Notes under the pieces: model-generated
Told to the model about the DNA's origin: nothing
Seen by the model: the letters and a program-made list of their open reading frames with translations, nothing else
The model's database searches: none
Made by a program: the position numbers and the translations under genes
DNA from: a virus
Lineage: Duplodnaviria > Caudoviricetes
Direction: 5' to 3' (one strand)
IMG/VR virus record: IMGVR_UViG_3300033156_000984
Coordinates: 1-60,056 of that record
Length of the DNA stretch: 60,056 nucleotides
In this document: positions 30,293 through 40,185 of the stretch, in pieces
Position numbering within the stretch: position 1 is the first letter of the stretch
Layout of the letters: each line of letters opens with the position of its first letter

Positions 30293-33200
30293 AGGTATCT
30301 CAAACCAAGAAGCTGGTAAAAATCTCCTTTAAATGCTTCCTTTACACTTCCTACTCCAGTAATCCAATTATAAATAGCATCACCAAATGCTTTATCTATA
30401 TTCATTATAGCATAAATTGCTGTATCCATTAATACCCACCAAGACTTATATTGTTCAGTCCAGTATCTACCTCGCCGACGCCATAACTCATATTCAGCTT
30501 CTTGTTCTGATTTCTTACCAGTCATAACTTCTTGTGCTAAATTTTTATATCGTTCCTGAAGTTCTCTTATATTATTACCACTTAGCTGCATTAAATTATT
30601 TATATCACTTATAGCATCCTCTACAATTCTAAATTGTTCAGCAGAAAATGCTTCTGGTGTAATTTCCTGTATAACTTTCATCTGTAGATAAAGTGCATGT
30701 AATGCATCATAAGTTTGAAGTATCGATTCAATTGAATCTGATAGATTCATTAGTTTGCTTAAATCTGGAATTCCAAATAATTGATTACCAAGTGAATATA
30801 CTTCTTTTCTTACATTTCTGACATCAACAATAATTGATTTGATATTCTTAATCAACTCGAGTCTCTCATTTTCTTTCATTGTCTCATAAGTCTTTTTCAC
30901 ATGTTCAAGTATGATAGAATGTAATTCCTCAATAGCTTTCAATTTAGCTTCATTCTCAATTAATTCAGCACGTATCTTTACAATAGCATCTTTACCATTT
31001 TGTAGTTGAGTGAGAATTTCACCAATGATTTGTGAAGCCTTCTGGGGATTTTCTACTAAAGAACGTCCAAGTTCTTCAAAGTTGCCAATGAATTTCTCAA
31101 CCATGGTATTGGCATATTTAAGTCGCATGGATTCGATTAAATCAGCTCGAGCAGCTTCATCGCTCAAATTTTGTATCATTAAGATTAAATCGTCTATACT
31201 CATTCCCATTGTGAGCATGGATGAAGTTGTTAATGCTAAGAATCTAGCGAACTCATTATCCTGAACTGATTTTCTTAGTTGCATTAAATCCTTGCTCATT
31301 CCAACTATTACTTCATGAATGCGTCGATTGAGTACTTCACTCCTATCTATAATCTCATCTATATTTTGTGAGATATTTTGGAATAACTGCGGAATCCCAC
31401 GTAAACTAATATATCTTTGAACTTGAATACCTAAATTTTGTAAGATAGTGATTTGTTCTTTAGATAACTTAATTCTCTCTCGTTGCATATCAGACCATTT
31501 GCTTTCTATACCAAGTAATTCGACTCTTCGTGCTATACTTGAGCGTATGAATTTTGCATCAGCTTTCTCGATTTCATATCTGAGACGTTTTCTTTCTTCA
31601 TCAAGTTCACTTTCTTTTTCAATCAAATCTAAGTATGTTTCCATCATATAATTAATTCCGTTAATCGCACTAGCCAGCTTAATTTCTGATTTAATTCTTA
31701 ATATAGTATTAGCAATTAATAACTTCTCCCATTGACTAAGTTCTTTAGAACGTTCAACTATCTCATCTAAAGAATCCAGATATACCTGCATAAATCTTTG
31801 TGAGGTCTTAGATACCGATGTGAATAGATTATCCATTGCTTTAAATACATTTTCACCCAGATCATAAAATGTTCCGCTTAGTTTTTCTGCTAATACATCA
31901 CCAACTGATGCAGCTTTACTCATACTCATGACTAAAGTTTCAATTTGTTGATTTAGATTCTTTAATCGTTCTTCATTTTCTGATATTGTCTCTAAAGCTT
32001 CATCAAATTCTCTAGCTTGTTGGGGCGCTTCAGTTAACGCTCCAATGACAGAGATTAAAAACGTAGCTGCGGTAATTGCAACTCCTATCCAACCTAAAAA
32101 TTTTAATGCTCCCGCTGCAAATCCAACCATAGTTGCTTTAGCACCTGTCATAGCTGCTCCAAGAGTACCAGCTGCTGTTGCTGCACTTAGCATTTGCATT
32201 TTCATTTGATTTAGTTGTGCTGATATTCTCGTTATTCCTGAACCCAAGATTGATATTATACCTATCATTGCTGATAATGCTATTGAGAGGACTGCTACTT
32301 TAGCAGGTAGTCCATGGAGGATAGTGGAGAACTTTATGATTATAGAGATGAAAAACATGAATGTTTTTAATAATCCTTCAACAGCAGGAGCGATTTGTCT
32401 AGCAATTTGGAGTCTAAATGCGGAGAAGGCAGCACGGATTTTGCTTAAATTAATATAAAATGTATTTTGTGCTTCTTGCCATTTTAGATATACATCCTCA
32501 AACTTGATTGCTCGAATTTTGCGGAGTATTCTACCAAACTCCTCCCAATTAGCTACTAGGATTTTGATAGCAGTAGCTTGGCGTACACCGGGGAATATCC
32601 TTTGTAAACCAGTCAAATCAAGTTTAGAAAGTTCTCTAAATACATTTTCTAGTCCCACTGCTGAGACATATACGGGATCTAGTGATAATGAAAGTACTCC
32701 AAAATAATCTGCAGTCTGTAATGCTGCACGTGCAGTATCTGAAATATCACCACCTAAAGCTCTAAACATATTTCTTAATGCTGTTGTTACTTTCGCTGCA
32801 TTTGGTAGCACTCTTGTCATTGTTGCATATGCTGCTAAAAGTTCATCTAATGAAACACCTAAAAGCGCAGCTTCTTCAGCTACAGTACCAATAGATTTAG
32901 CTAAATCTTCCATTGTGCCACGACCATATTGTATCGTGGCAAATAATTTTGCTAATACATCCCCAGCTTCTTCAGCAGGTATCTTAAATGCTTGCATTAA
33001 TGTTATCATTGCTGATGTGAGTGTTTTAATAGGAGTAACAGTTGCTTGCGCTGTTACTGCTAATGCTCGCATCATATTTATTGATTCATCCATTGAATAT
33101 CCTGCTGAAATTAAATCATATATACCTTGTAAGATATCATCTAAAGCCGCACCTGTTTGTACTGACATTTGTTCGAATGCTTCCGTATATTGCCATACTG

Positions 33201-33957
33201 AAGTTTGTCCTTCTCTTAACAGAGAACCGATTTCAATTATTCGTTTTTCATACTTATATAGTGCATCAACAAATGGTGATAAGAATCTAAAGAACATATA
33301 TGATTGCATTACTGCATAGAATACATCTCTACCAAGTGTTTTAAATGCATTAGATAATGTTTCAATATAAAACGTCCATTTCTGTACATTAGCCATACCA
33401 GCTGTTGTAACTAATCGTGCTTCAATTCCAAGCTGATGTAATAGTTCGATGAATTTTTCAATATCCCTTGCAACTTCTGGAGAAATTCGTAAGGCACGTT
33501 CTAATCTACCAGATAACCCCTCAGGGATAGCTGTTGTGATTCTTTGTGCATATCGACCAAGTTGCATTACCACTCCTGCTGGTAATGCTCTAATTGTACG
33601 CTCAAATTCTGGACCAAACTCTTTTAATGTTTTACCAGTTATAATTTTAAGTGTTTGATCTATCATCTGGAAATTACGTTGTAAAGTTCTAGCTGATACT
33701 GATGCTGCACGTTCTGATTCAGCCATTGTAGTTAATGCTTCAGCTGTTAGTAATACACTAGAAGTCATCTCACGCCAAATCATTGAAGTTGTTCCTGATT
33801 GCTGAATTACATTATCTAGAATTTTGCTTAAGGTTTGTAATGCATGCCCAGCATTAAGGAAATGAGTTCTCCATGTTTTAATAATTCCAGCTAGCTCTTT
33901 AGAACGTGAAATAATCTCCTGAATATTCGGAAATTCAAATTCCATACCTTCAGCCAT
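30271..33957 (-). CDS. Tail tape measure protein (TP901-like core)
   Basis: 1228 aa, helical and Ala-rich; AGDVLAK, GVSLDELLAA, central hydrophobic segments. Confidence 0.9.
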   Translation of the reverse strand: MAEGMEFEFPNIQEIISRSKELAGIIKTWRTHFLNAGHALQTLSKILDNVIQQSGTTSMIWREMTSSVLLTAEALTTMAESERAASVSARTLQRNFQMIDQTLKIITGKTLKEFGPEFERTIRALPAGVVMQLGRYAQRITTAIPEGLSGRLERALRISPEVARDIEKFIELLHQLGIEARLVTTAGMANVQKWTFYIETLSNAFKTLGRDVFYAVMQSYMFFRFLSPFVDALYKYEKRIIEIGSLLREGQTSVWQYTEAFEQMSVQTGAALDDILQGIYDLISAGYSMDESINMMRALAVTAQATVTPIKTLTSAMITLMQAFKIPAEEAGDVLAKLFATIQYGRGTMEDLAKSIGTVAEEAALLGVSLDELLAAYATMTRVLPNAAKVTTALRNMFRALGGDISDTARAALQTADYFGVLSLSLDPVYVSAVGLENVFRELSKLDLTGLQRIFPGVRQATAIKILVANWEEFGRILRKIRAIKFEDVYLKWQEAQNTFYINLSKIRAAFSAFRLQIARQIAPAVEGLLKTFMFFISIIIKFSTILHGLPAKVAVLSIALSAMIGIISILGSGITRISAQLNQMKMQMLSAATAAGTLGAAMTGAKATMVGFAAGALKFLGWIGVAITAATFLISVIGALTEAPQQAREFDEALETISENEERLKNLNQQIETLVMSMSKAASVGDVLAEKLSGTFYDLGENVFKAMDNLFTSVSKTSQRFMQVYLDSLDEIVERSKELSQWEKLLIANTILRIKSEIKLASAINGINYMMETYLDLIEKESELDEERKRLRYEIEKADAKFIRSSIARRVELLGIESKWSDMQRERIKLSKEQITILQNLGIQVQRYISLRGIPQLFQNISQNIDEIIDRSEVLNRRIHEVIVGMSKDLMQLRKSVQDNEFARFLALTTSSMLTMGMSIDDLILMIQNLSDEAARADLIESMRLKYANTMVEKFIGNFEELGRSLVENPQKASQIIGEILTQLQNGKDAIVKIRAELIENEAKLKAIEELHSIILEHVKKTYETMKENERLELIKNIKSIIVDVRNVRKEVYSLGNQLFGIPDLSKLMNLSDSIESILQTYDALHALYLQMKVIQEITPEAFSAEQFRIVEDAISDINNLMQLSGNNIRELQERYKNLAQEVMTGKKSEQEAEYELWRRRGRYWTEQYKSWWVLMDTAIYAIMNIDKAFGDAIYNWITGVGSVKEAFKGDFYQLLGLRYLCRKEEL

Positions 33958-34339
33958 TCTTCTTCACCGCCACTCCAGGTAGTTTACCACCTGATTTGGT
34001 GTAATTCAAAAATTGTTTAAAACTAAATTCTTGCACTTCTCGTGATGTGGATAATGGCGAGCTGATTGAACGACGTGGTGAATAGGATGGAATTTTGGAA
34101 TATTGTTTCTCTATCTCCTTGAATTGCACACTCAGCTCTTCAGCTAATGCTACCAATGCTGGGAAGGTTAATTGTCCAACTTGCTCAGGTGTCCATCCAA
34201 AATGATATGCAAAGAATAAAAAAAATCTTGTTACTTGTCTTCTGATAAATTCATCTGAGTCTCTAAGTTTGGCAATGACATCTCTAGGAGTCCACTCATC
34301 ACTTGGTTTATATTGTTCATGAATAATATGAAGAAAGGG
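33950..34339 (-). CDS. Tail assembly chaperone, frameshifted extension (GT-like)
   Basis: The -1 frame is open from CCCTTTC (34339-34333) and encodes FAYHFGWTPEQVGQLT, running into ORF 33950..34156. Confidence 0.75.
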   Translation of the reverse strand, partial: PFLHIIHEQYKPSDEWTPRDVIAKLRDSDEFIRRQVTRFFLFFAYHFGWTPEQVGQLTFPALVALAEELSVQFKEIEKQYSKIPSYSPRRSISSPLSTSREVQEFSFKQFLNYTKSGGKLPGVAVKKNG

Positions 34340-34647
34340 ACTATTACCTTAAGAATATCTGTTAAATTACAATTTTCTTCTACCCATTTTAATGGTTTAT
34401 TTAAAATGAGAGACGCAGCCCTCTGTAACTCATCCGGGGCGCTCGTCAGTATCTTGATCACAATTTCTATCCCCTGAGTTGGCGAGAGCTGCGTCTCTTC
34501 CAAATTAATATCTTTAAGTCCTTTCTTGAGCATTTTTTGTACAATATTCAAGAATTGAACTTCTTGTTTGAATGTTAAACGTTCAGGTATCTCAATAGTC
34601 TCACCAGCTATTTCAATTGATTTCATGCTTGGATAAAATCTATCCAT
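34231..34647 (-). CDS. Tail assembly chaperone (G-like)
   Basis: Between tail tube and TMP; contains a slippery heptamer. Confidence 0.75.
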   Translation of the reverse strand: MDRFYPSMKSIEIAGETIEIPERLTFKQEVQFLNIVQKMLKKGLKDINLEETQLSPTQGIEIVIKILTSAPDELQRAASLILNKPLKWVEENCNLTDILKVIVPFFILFMNNINQVMSGLLEMSLPNLETQMNLSEDK

Positions 34648-34706
34648 AACTTGACCTCCCTCCTTTAAGGAGCTTTAGAGTCTTTCCTAGAATTATTTTA
34701 AGAGAT

Positions 34707-35324
34707 TTATTCAAGTCCTTCAATAGTAAGAGTAAGGTAACTTAGATTATAAGAAGCTGCGGGGTTACCCCACCAGTCCTGTGATACAGGTATTGGAGTC
34801 AATTCAAGATTCATTGCAATTACATCATCAGTTGGGAATGGTATATCAAACGATGCTAACATTTCAGCCTTCCAAATATAGATTGTGATGACATTATCTT
34901 CAGTTTCTTTATGTCGTATAATAGCTCGCACCTCAGGCACTGAATATGTTGCTCCATGCGATAGAATATTTTGAGTTGTAGCAAAATTAGCAATATCATT
35001 CATCGTTACATTTTCAGTAACTTCACCTAATCCACCAAATAATGCTAGATTGACATTTTTAAGATCCCATTCAAAAACCTGTAATGTAATTCTAAAAGTT
35101 TCTTCTGTTACCCATTTCTTTTGTACTAGCATAGGTTTACCTGCTCTGAATTCAAAGAAGCTTCTGTCGCATGCAATAGAGAAATCACCTACATAACCTA
35201 CCCAATCTCCAGTATCGGGAAACGTATCGGCAGTAGTACCAACAGCTGCTGAGGTTGTTATTGCTATTTCTGGTCTTCCAGATCGCAATTTATCCGGATC
35301 GCCTGTGTAAGATACTATCGGCAT
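34707..35324 (-). CDS. Major tail tube protein
   Basis: Position, size and beta-rich pattern (ITLQVFEWDLKNVNLALFG, ITIYIWKA). Confidence 0.75.
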   Translation of the reverse strand: MPIVSYTGDPDKLRSGRPEIAITTSAAVGTTADTFPDTGDWVGYVGDFSIACDRSFFEFRAGKPMLVQKKWVTEETFRITLQVFEWDLKNVNLALFGGLGEVTENVTMNDIANFATTQNILSHGATYSVPEVRAIIRHKETEDNVITIYIWKAEMLASFDIPFPTDDVIAMNLELTPIPVSQDWWGNPAASYNLSYLTLTIEGLE

Positions 35325-35520
35325 TTAATACCCCTCCTTTCTGAATCTCAATCTCGTGTAATTTACCACAGCTCCAGCATGTTATAAGTATGTTACCATA
35401 GATGATTTGAATATAGATATCTTTGTGCTTAATACTAAATCTTCCATCTGTTAATAACTTTCCCAATAATGCATTACATTCTGAACATCTAAATTCAGTG
35501 ATTTTACTCCGGAATTGCAC
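35290..35520 (-). CDS. Mu Com-like zinc-ribbon protein
   Basis: EFRCSECNALLGK...ITCWSCGKLHEI. Confidence 0.7.
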   Translation of the reverse strand: MQFRSKITEFRCSECNALLGKLLTDGRFSIKHKDIYIQIIYGNILITCWSCGKLHEIEIQKGGVLNADSILHRRSG

Positions 35521-35893
35521 TAAGAATCACTCTCCATGATGATTGAATATAATATAAATCTCCTTCTAGAATTTCTCCTTCGCTATGTCCATCATATGAG
35601 ATTCTCCATATAAAATTATCTGTTGAAAATTTTGAATTGTCAAGCAAATTATATAATTCAGAAAATACTTCAAGCGCTTCATTTAATGAATGTTTACTGA
35701 CAACAGTTAATTGCAAAGTTGAATGGAAATTTGGTCCTGATATTATTTTTGATACATAGATATTTCTTATTAGGACCATTGGATAATCCTGCTCTTTTTT
35801 AATTTCCCACATTGTTTGAATATAACATCCTTTAAGTTCCGGAATATTTCTTAATAAATATTTTCTTAATTCTTCATATGCTTCACTGAACAT
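35504..35893 (-). CDS. Tail terminator-like protein
   Basis: YPMVLI...LQLTVVSK...LYNLLD pattern; position. Confidence 0.6.
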   Translation of the reverse strand: MFSEAYEELRKYLLRNIPELKGCYIQTMWEIKKEQDYPMVLIRNIYVSKIISGPNFHSTLQLTVVSKHSLNEALEVFSELYNLLDNSKFSTDNFIWRISYDGHSEGEILEGDLYYIQSSWRVILSAIPE

Positions 35894-36410
35894 CGATTAT
35901 TCCTCCTTTTGTATATAATCTAACTTTAGGTGTAACTTCTTTACCTAATAATCTTCTTGATAAAGCTCGTGAGAAATTATTTATTTCTTGTAGTTTTAGA
36001 TCAAGAAATTCTTTGAAGGTATTACGTCCCAACATCTTTGAACTCCCTGTAATAACAGCTTCAATATATTTGAATTTATTTAAATCATTATCAGAAAATC
36101 CAATGAAGAATTTGTCTGAGATATTATTTTCAAATTGTGCTAACTCTCTCATTACAGAATGTGACCATGCTAAATGTTGATAAGCTTTACCAGTTTTGCG
36201 ATGTACATACCCAAATGGATGTTCAGATGTTATTAGATGAGGTTTTGGGTGTTGTCTGGAATATGGATGATGTTTTTTAATCCATTTTTGAGTATGTGAA
36301 CAATTTGGGTTAAACCACGATAGAACTGAATTATGGATATATCTAGCAAATTCTCGTTTGAATTGTAGTAATTTCTCAAGATGACGGCGGCTTAGTGGCA
36401 TCTTCCTCAC
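35883..36410 (-). CDS. Neck/tail completion protein (HK97 gp10-like position)
   Basis: VHRKTG...YIEAVITGSSKMLGRN; basic; position. Confidence 0.55.
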   Translation of the reverse strand: MRKMPLSRRHLEKLLQFKREFARYIHNSVLSWFNPNCSHTQKWIKKHHPYSRQHPKPHLITSEHPFGYVHRKTGKAYQHLAWSHSVMRELAQFENNISDKFFIGFSDNDLNKFKYIEAVITGSSKMLGRNTFKEFLDLKLQEINNFSRALSRRLLGKEVTPKVRLYTKGGIIDVQ

Positions 36411-38718
36411 CTCTTTGATGTAATTTCACTTCAGTTGCACTTTCTAATTTTTCGAGGAGTTGCCTTAGACTTCTAGTAATTATATGCCTACCTCGCTCAG
36501 CGTCTTTAATAGCTTTCCTTATACTTTCTTTAGCTAATGCCAAATATGCTAATCCTCTTTGTTCCCAATAATACACATTTACATTTCCTTTAGCATATTT
36601 CTCACAATTGTCTAGAGCTTTTAAAGCTTCTTGAGCATTTCCTTGTTCTAATAATTGTACCGCATAATTATACCATGCTCTATAATTAGTTGGGTCTTTC
36701 TTAAGTTCTTCTTGAGTTACCTTAATATACAATTCTTTATTTCTAATATATTCTTCTTTATCCATTAAACCTAGATTAATTCCTTTAATTGGACAGTCAC
36801 AGAGGGTATATTTTAGTTCTTTCAAAGAGTCATCCACACATTCATGTACTTTTCCATAAAATTTAATTTCTGGATGATGTTTCCAAATTCTTACAGTAGA
36901 AGAAGGGATTGCTTTGCCATCCCATTTCAAATTAAGGAATTCTATTAACATGGCATCAGCAGGACACAATCTTATGATTTTAGATAGATTCAAAATGTTT
37001 TCATAATGCTCATCTGGATCCATATACATCACCCATCTGGTTCTAATTAATTTCAATCCATCATTGCGACATTTTGAAAAATCTTGTTCTAGCGGTGAGT
37101 GGATATATTCAAATTCTAATAGTTGGGAAATTTGGAATAGCTCATCAAACGGTTGTAGTGAAGTATCCACTAAAACTACTTGATCAAATAGAGTATAATA
37201 ACCCCGGAGAATGAATCTGATAAACTCTTCAAAATTTTCTTTACCAGCCAGGAGTAATAATCCAACACTATGATCTTCTTCTAGATCATTGATATAAATT
37301 TTACAGGGTTTAACACTGAAGAAAATTTTTTCATATGAATCGGTTCCAAGAAATACATAGTTAGGATTTGGATCTATATTTTTATAAAACTCATATTTAC
37401 GTTTTACCTCTTCTTTATTATACGCCCAAAAATGAGCTATAGAATGATTAGAGGCAAAAATTCCATTCAGAATACGCTGGAGTGGATGCTGGATGGAATG
37501 AACCTGAACTTCATTATCGGGACCAAAAACATAATTATTGGGAAAAACTCGACTTCCTCGATAAGCAATTTCATCGAATTTAAATTGTATAATGAAATCT
37601 GAATGAAAAACCATCCAAGGAAAAGCATGCACTAGCTGAGATGGAAGCGCTGTTCTCAATACTTTGCGGAAAGAATCCTCATTCCCTAACATTATTTCAT
37701 CATCATCAAGACAAAATCTCCAAGGTATATTGCATTCCAAGGAGTAATCGATTTCCCATTGGAATATCTCTCTGAAATTAATTTTTTTGTCCCAGTTAAC
37801 TAATTTAATCTTATTATATTTTCTTGAATATTCCTCTATAAGTTCCTTGGAGCCGTCTTTTGATTCATTATCTATTACTACTATCTCATCAGCATACTTC
37901 AATGCATTATTAAGAGTTTTCTCCAATAATTTCTTTCTATTATGAGATTGAATGAAAAAAATATTACGATCTGAGTTTTGTGGAATGTGTTTCTTAAGGT
38001 ATTTTATTCCATCTTCGCAATTAATATGCGAATTTCGAGTTTTGTGTTTAACTATTAAATATCTTGTAAGGTAAACACTATAACCACTTTGCCACATTCT
38101 AATGAAGAGATCATTGTCATTAAAATGATATGAGAATTGAGTATCAAATCCTCCCAATTTTTCAAATACATTTTTCTTAACATAAAAACAATAACTAGCG
38201 GCGAGCATAATTTCCTGAACTCTTGGTTCGCAATTACGTTGAAGATCATTAATATCTATTTCTTCCCACCCCTTTTTTAAAGAAGTCTGAGCAGGATTGC
38301 CCACATATCCAACCCCCGAAGCTATTATGGCGGCAACAGGTCCAAATTTATCTTTAGTAAATTCACTAGCTAATGCATAGGAAAACTGAAATCTTTCAAT
38401 TAAATCTTGAGGGACTTCTATATCAGCATCCATACATATTACTTCAGGAAATTTGGCCAGTTTTACTGCATAGTTCATCCCAATTTGATATCTATCGGAT
38501 TCGATTTTCTCATATCGCAAAAAATCCTTTTTCTTCTTTAAAAAACCACGTATGAACTCTCGAGTCCCATCCTGTGAATTTGTATCTATGACAATAATTT
38601 CTAAATTATCTTTATACTTTTCTTTAATTGGAGTTAATTGTTTGAGTAGATTATATAAATGATTTAGTTGGTTATGAGTTACAATGCAAATTGAGTACAT
38701 CCAAAATCCCTCCTTCAA
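36376..38718 (-). CDS. Glycosyltransferase with three GT2 domains and a C-terminal TPR
   Basis: IDTNSQDGT/MDAD, IDNESKDGS/LDDDE, VDTS/DFSKCRN/MDPDE/GKVHE; TPR DPTNYRAWYNYA. Confidence 0.85.
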   Translation of the reverse strand: MKEGFWMYSICIVTHNQLNHLYNLLKQLTPIKEKYKDNLEIIVIDTNSQDGTREFIRGFLKKKKDFLRYEKIESDRYQIGMNYAVKLAKFPEVICMDADIEVPQDLIERFQFSYALASEFTKDKFGPVAAIIASGVGYVGNPAQTSLKKGWEEIDINDLQRNCEPRVQEIMLAASYCFYVKKNVFEKLGGFDTQFSYHFNDNDLFIRMWQSGYSVYLTRYLIVKHKTRNSHINCEDGIKYLKKHIPQNSDRNIFFIQSHNRKKLLEKTLNNALKYADEIVVIDNESKDGSKELIEEYSRKYNKIKLVNWDKKINFREIFQWEIDYSLECNIPWRFCLDDDEIMLGNEDSFRKVLRTALPSQLVHAFPWMVFHSDFIIQFKFDEIAYRGSRVFPNNYVFGPDNEVQVHSIQHPLQRILNGIFASNHSIAHFWAYNKEEVKRKYEFYKNIDPNPNYVFLGTDSYEKIFFSVKPCKIYINDLEEDHSVGLLLLAGKENFEEFIRFILRGYYTLFDQVVLVDTSLQPFDELFQISQLLEFEYIHSPLEQDFSKCRNDGLKLIRTRWVMYMDPDEHYENILNLSKIIRLCPADAMLIEFLNLKWDGKAIPSSTVRIWKHHPEIKFYGKVHECVDDSLKELKYTLCDCPIKGINLGLMDKEEYIRNKELYIKVTQEELKKDPTNYRAWYNYAVQLLEQGNAQEALKALDNCEKYAKGNVNVYYWEQRGLAYLALAKESIRKAIKDAERGRHIITRSLRQLLEKLESATEVKLHQRGEEDATKPPSS

Positions 38719-38719
38719 T

Positions 38720-39289
38720 TTATTTTAGTTGAAATACAAAATCTTCTCCTAATGGCTCAATTCTACAAGTATAATATTTCATCCCATGCTCTAATGTATT
38801 CAAGGAAACAATTTTATAATAATTATCATTTGAATAGATTATATCTCCAACTGAAAGATTCTTATAAGTCTTGATATAAGCAACTGGACCTTGCTGTTCA
38901 ATCATTCCAAATGGAGTAGTGAAAATTTCTGATTCACGAATAGTCAATAAAACAGAAGCTTCGAGGCTTAATGTCGGGATTCGCTCACCTATTGGATTAA
39001 TTAACTGTGTTTCAAAATTCACGGTTTGGATTGTGAATAACTGAGAGATTCCAGAATATGCATTCTCTGATTCTCCAACTGAAGAATTATCAATCGTAAT
39101 AACCTCTGAGATTAAATTTAAATTTTCGTCCAATCCCTGAATTGAAATCGTAATCAAATCCCAGTCCTGAGTAGATACAAATCTTAGATATGAAACCGTA
39201 GCTAATTCAAGATCCAAATCTATTTGAGGGAGGGAATCAAAAAGACTTGGGCTAAATGAATATAATTGACCAGACTGAAAAATTCTCAT
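38720..39289 (-). CDS. Putative head closure (stopper) protein
   Basis: Follows the adaptor; LSVGDII...YYKIVS. Confidence 0.5.
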   Translation of the reverse strand: MRIFQSGQLYSFSPSLFDSLPQIDLDLELATVSYLRFVSTQDWDLITISIQGLDENLNLISEVITIDNSSVGESENAYSGISQLFTIQTVNFETQLINPIGERIPTLSLEASVLLTIRESEIFTTPFGMIEQQGPVAYIKTYKNLSVGDIIYSNDNYYKIVSLNTLEHGMKYYTCRIEPLGEDFVFQLK

Positions 39290-39290
39290 T

Positions 39291-39842
39291 TTATCTCACC
39301 CTGATGGAATTAGAATCTATTATTGATTTAATAAATGGTGGAATACCATATTGATAAATTTTCTCTAACGTCATATCACCTATCTTTAATCTTCGAATAT
39401 CGAATTCTCCTTTGTTATTTATAATATATCCAGAAAGCTCAAGAATTGCAAACTTTAAATCATCAGGAACAGTGAATGAGGTATAACCTGCTCTATATTG
39501 AACTTCCCAGAAATGAGGAATGATTGTATTTAAAGAATTTTTGCATCTAATCATTCCACTCTTCTCAATAATGTAGAACTGATCTAGATTCCAAGAAATA
39601 TCATCTATCGTGATGGTTGAAATAGTCGCTACCGGGATACTTGATAAATATACTGTATTCTTCTTCGTAAAGAATTTATCTATGATATCTTCTCCATCAT
39701 CTTCCAATTTAGAGTAACCACATAATCGTTCTATAATCTTTTGAGAATAACCAATCACATTAGATAACGCTGAATCAGAAATAAAATCTGTTGAATAGCC
39801 AAAATATTCCCGTACTGTGGAAACATCTATCAGCATATTCAA
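39291..39842 (-). CDS. Head-tail adaptor protein
   Basis: IERLCG...VQYRAGY...VPDDLKFAILEL...KIGD. Confidence 0.8.
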   Translation of the reverse strand: MNMLIDVSTVREYFGYSTDFISDSALSNVIGYSQKIIERLCGYSKLEDDGEDIIDKFFTKKNTVYLSSIPVATISTITIDDISWNLDQFYIIEKSGMIRCKNSLNTIIPHFWEVQYRAGYTSFTVPDDLKFAILELSGYIINNKGEFDIRRLKIGDMTLEKIYQYGIPPFIKSIIDSNSIRVR

Positions 39843-39854
39843 CTACCTTCCTCA

Positions 39855-40103
39855 TCACTTAGATTTCTTCCTTTTCTTTTTCTTAGTGGTTTTGGTTTTA
39901 GTCGTGGAAGACTCTGCTACTTTAACCTTTTCTTCTTCAGGAATCAATTCAACATCAAACTTAGGACGTATCATGAAATGATTAGCAATATTTGGATCGT
40001 CAGTAATGAATTCCCCATTCTCAAACATTACAGGACCAAAAGGTGTAGCAACATATTGACGATAACTTAAATAACGAGTTGATTTAATTCTCCATTTAGA
40101 CAT
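39855..40103 (-). CDS. Small head-module protein with basic tail
   Basis: FENGEFITDD; directly downstream of the capsid gene. Confidence 0.65.
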   Translation of the reverse strand: MSKWRIKSTRYLSYRQYVATPFGPVMFENGEFITDDPNIANHFMIRPKFDVELIPEEEKVKVAESSTTKTKTTKKKKRKKSK

Positions 40104-40140
40104 TGCTAAATCACCTCAGAATTTTAAAAAATTGGGGGTG

Positions 40141-40165
40141 GGGAGGGAAGATAATCTTCCCTCCC
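40141..40165 (-). terminator. Strong hairpin after the capsid gene (attenuator or mRNA stabiliser)
   Basis: GGGAGGGAAGA-TAA-TCTTCCCTCCC, 11-bp perfect stem. Confidence 0.6.
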
Positions 40166-40185
40166 GATTCAATTTTAAATTTATG

